Below, one piece after another: positions 31,631-32,000 of a stretch of DNA of 32,000 nucleotides. The notes below the pieces were generated by a model. That model ran no database searches, was not told where the DNA came from, and worked only from the letters and a program-made list of their open reading frames with translations. Numbering within the stretch: position 1 is the stretch's first letter; every line of letters begins with the position of its first letter. Source of the stretch: Pyrodictium occultum. GTDB taxonomy: Archaea > Thermoproteota > Thermoprotei_A > Sulfolobales > Pyrodictiaceae. A program made the translations under genes and the position numbers. The stretch spans positions 150,001-182,000 of the forward strand of contig NZ_LNTB01000001.1 in the NCBI RefSeq assembly GCF_001462395.1, in the 5' to 3' direction.

Positions 31631-32000
31631 ATGGTGCTGGCTGCGCCGAGGGAAAAGGGGTTCGAGGACCGGCTGCGGAGGCTCCTGGACCTGGCTGTGA
31701 GGCGGTACAACAGGTACCGGGGCGCCGAGGCCAGGGCCAGGGTGTTGAAGGTGCGTGGCGACACGGCCTATGTGGTGTTCGAGGGGAGCTTCTGCGAGAC
31801 CTGCGGGATAAACGACTGGGTGGACGACTTCCGCTACGTGCTTGAGGACCTCGGAGCGGAGGCGGAGCTGGTCGCGGTGGTGGAGCCGCCGAGCAGCGAG
31901 GAGTTCTACGACTACAGGATAGGAGTGTTCAGGGTCAGGAAGATGCCCGGGAACCTCGAGGAGCTGGAGAGGCAGGAGCGGGAGCTGGAGGAGTGGCTTG
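31631..32000 (+). CDS. hypothetical protein, N-terminal part (runs off the window); missing from the ORF track
   Basis: Hand translation in frame 2 from ATG 31631 is stop-free to the window end: MVLAAPREKGFEDRLRRLLDLAVRRYNRYRGAEARARVLKVRGDTAYVVFEGSFCETCGINDWVDDFRYVLEDLGAEAELVAVVEPPSSEEFYDYRIGVFRVRKMPGNLEELERQERELEEWL. It looks far more protein-like than the overlapping track ORF 31513-31845. Confidence 0.55.
   Translation, partial: MVLAAPREKGFEDRLRRLLDLAVRRYNRYRGAEARARVLKVRGDTAYVVFEGSFCETCGINDWVDDFRYVLEDLGAEAELVAVVEPPSSEEFYDYRIGVFRVRKMPGNLEELERQERELEEWL

Noticed and set aside
31513-31845. 110-aa plus-strand track ORF starting in the A/T-rich promoter
   Set aside because: The product is Gly/Arg-rich and begins inside the TATA-like region. 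The overlapping frame-2 ORF from ATG 31631 is much more protein-like.
1-32000. tRNA genes, rRNA genes, CRISPR arrays, IS elements or transposases
   Set aside because: A scan for GGTTCGAAT/T-loop-like strings found only matches inside CDSs without acceptor or anticodon stems. I saw no regularly spaced direct repeats and no transposase- or integrase-like translation. This was a manual scan, so small RNAs could have been missed.

Overview
GC-rich, very densely coding chromosomal segment from a hyperthermophilic crenarchaeon. Gene content, TAG-dominated stop codons, ATA/AGG codon preference and TATA boxes sitting 25-45 nt before start codons suggest a Desulfurococcales organism (Aeropyrum/Pyrodictium-like); this is inference only. 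Bases 1-6737 carry the classical archaeal proteasome-exosome-translation superoperon: psmA, SBDS, rrp4, rrp41, rrp42, rpl37ae, Brix, pcc1, pfdB, a small conserved protein and a DHH phosphoesterase. The remainder is housekeeping and transport: rpl40e, an MFS transporter, a NurA/HerA pair, an RlmI-like methyltransferase, an HhH-GPD glycosylase, AIM24, a P-type ATPase, a CDF transporter, a ThiS-like/TtuA tRNA thiolation operon, a MetE-N-like protein, gatA, archaemetzincin, a tandem USP and tmcA. I recognised no rRNA, tRNA, CRISPR array or IS element. Many long ORFs in the six-frame track are Arg/Pro/Gly-rich antisense or 5'-extension artefacts of the high GC content, and I re-assigned several starts accordingly. 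The points most worth a second look are: (1) two, possibly three, ORFs broken at homopolymer runs; (2) a stand-alone tail-to-tail NurA-HerA pair with no Mre11/Rad50; (3) a ThiS(GG)-TtuA operon with an uncharacterised three-Cys third gene; (4) a roughly 0.9 kb ORF-poor island at 30235-31160 with a perfect 15-nt tandem duplication, nested palindromes and a cluster of GC-rich hairpins; (5) small unannotated transmembrane peptides in supposedly intergenic gaps. All family assignments come from motif recognition by eye; no database search was run.
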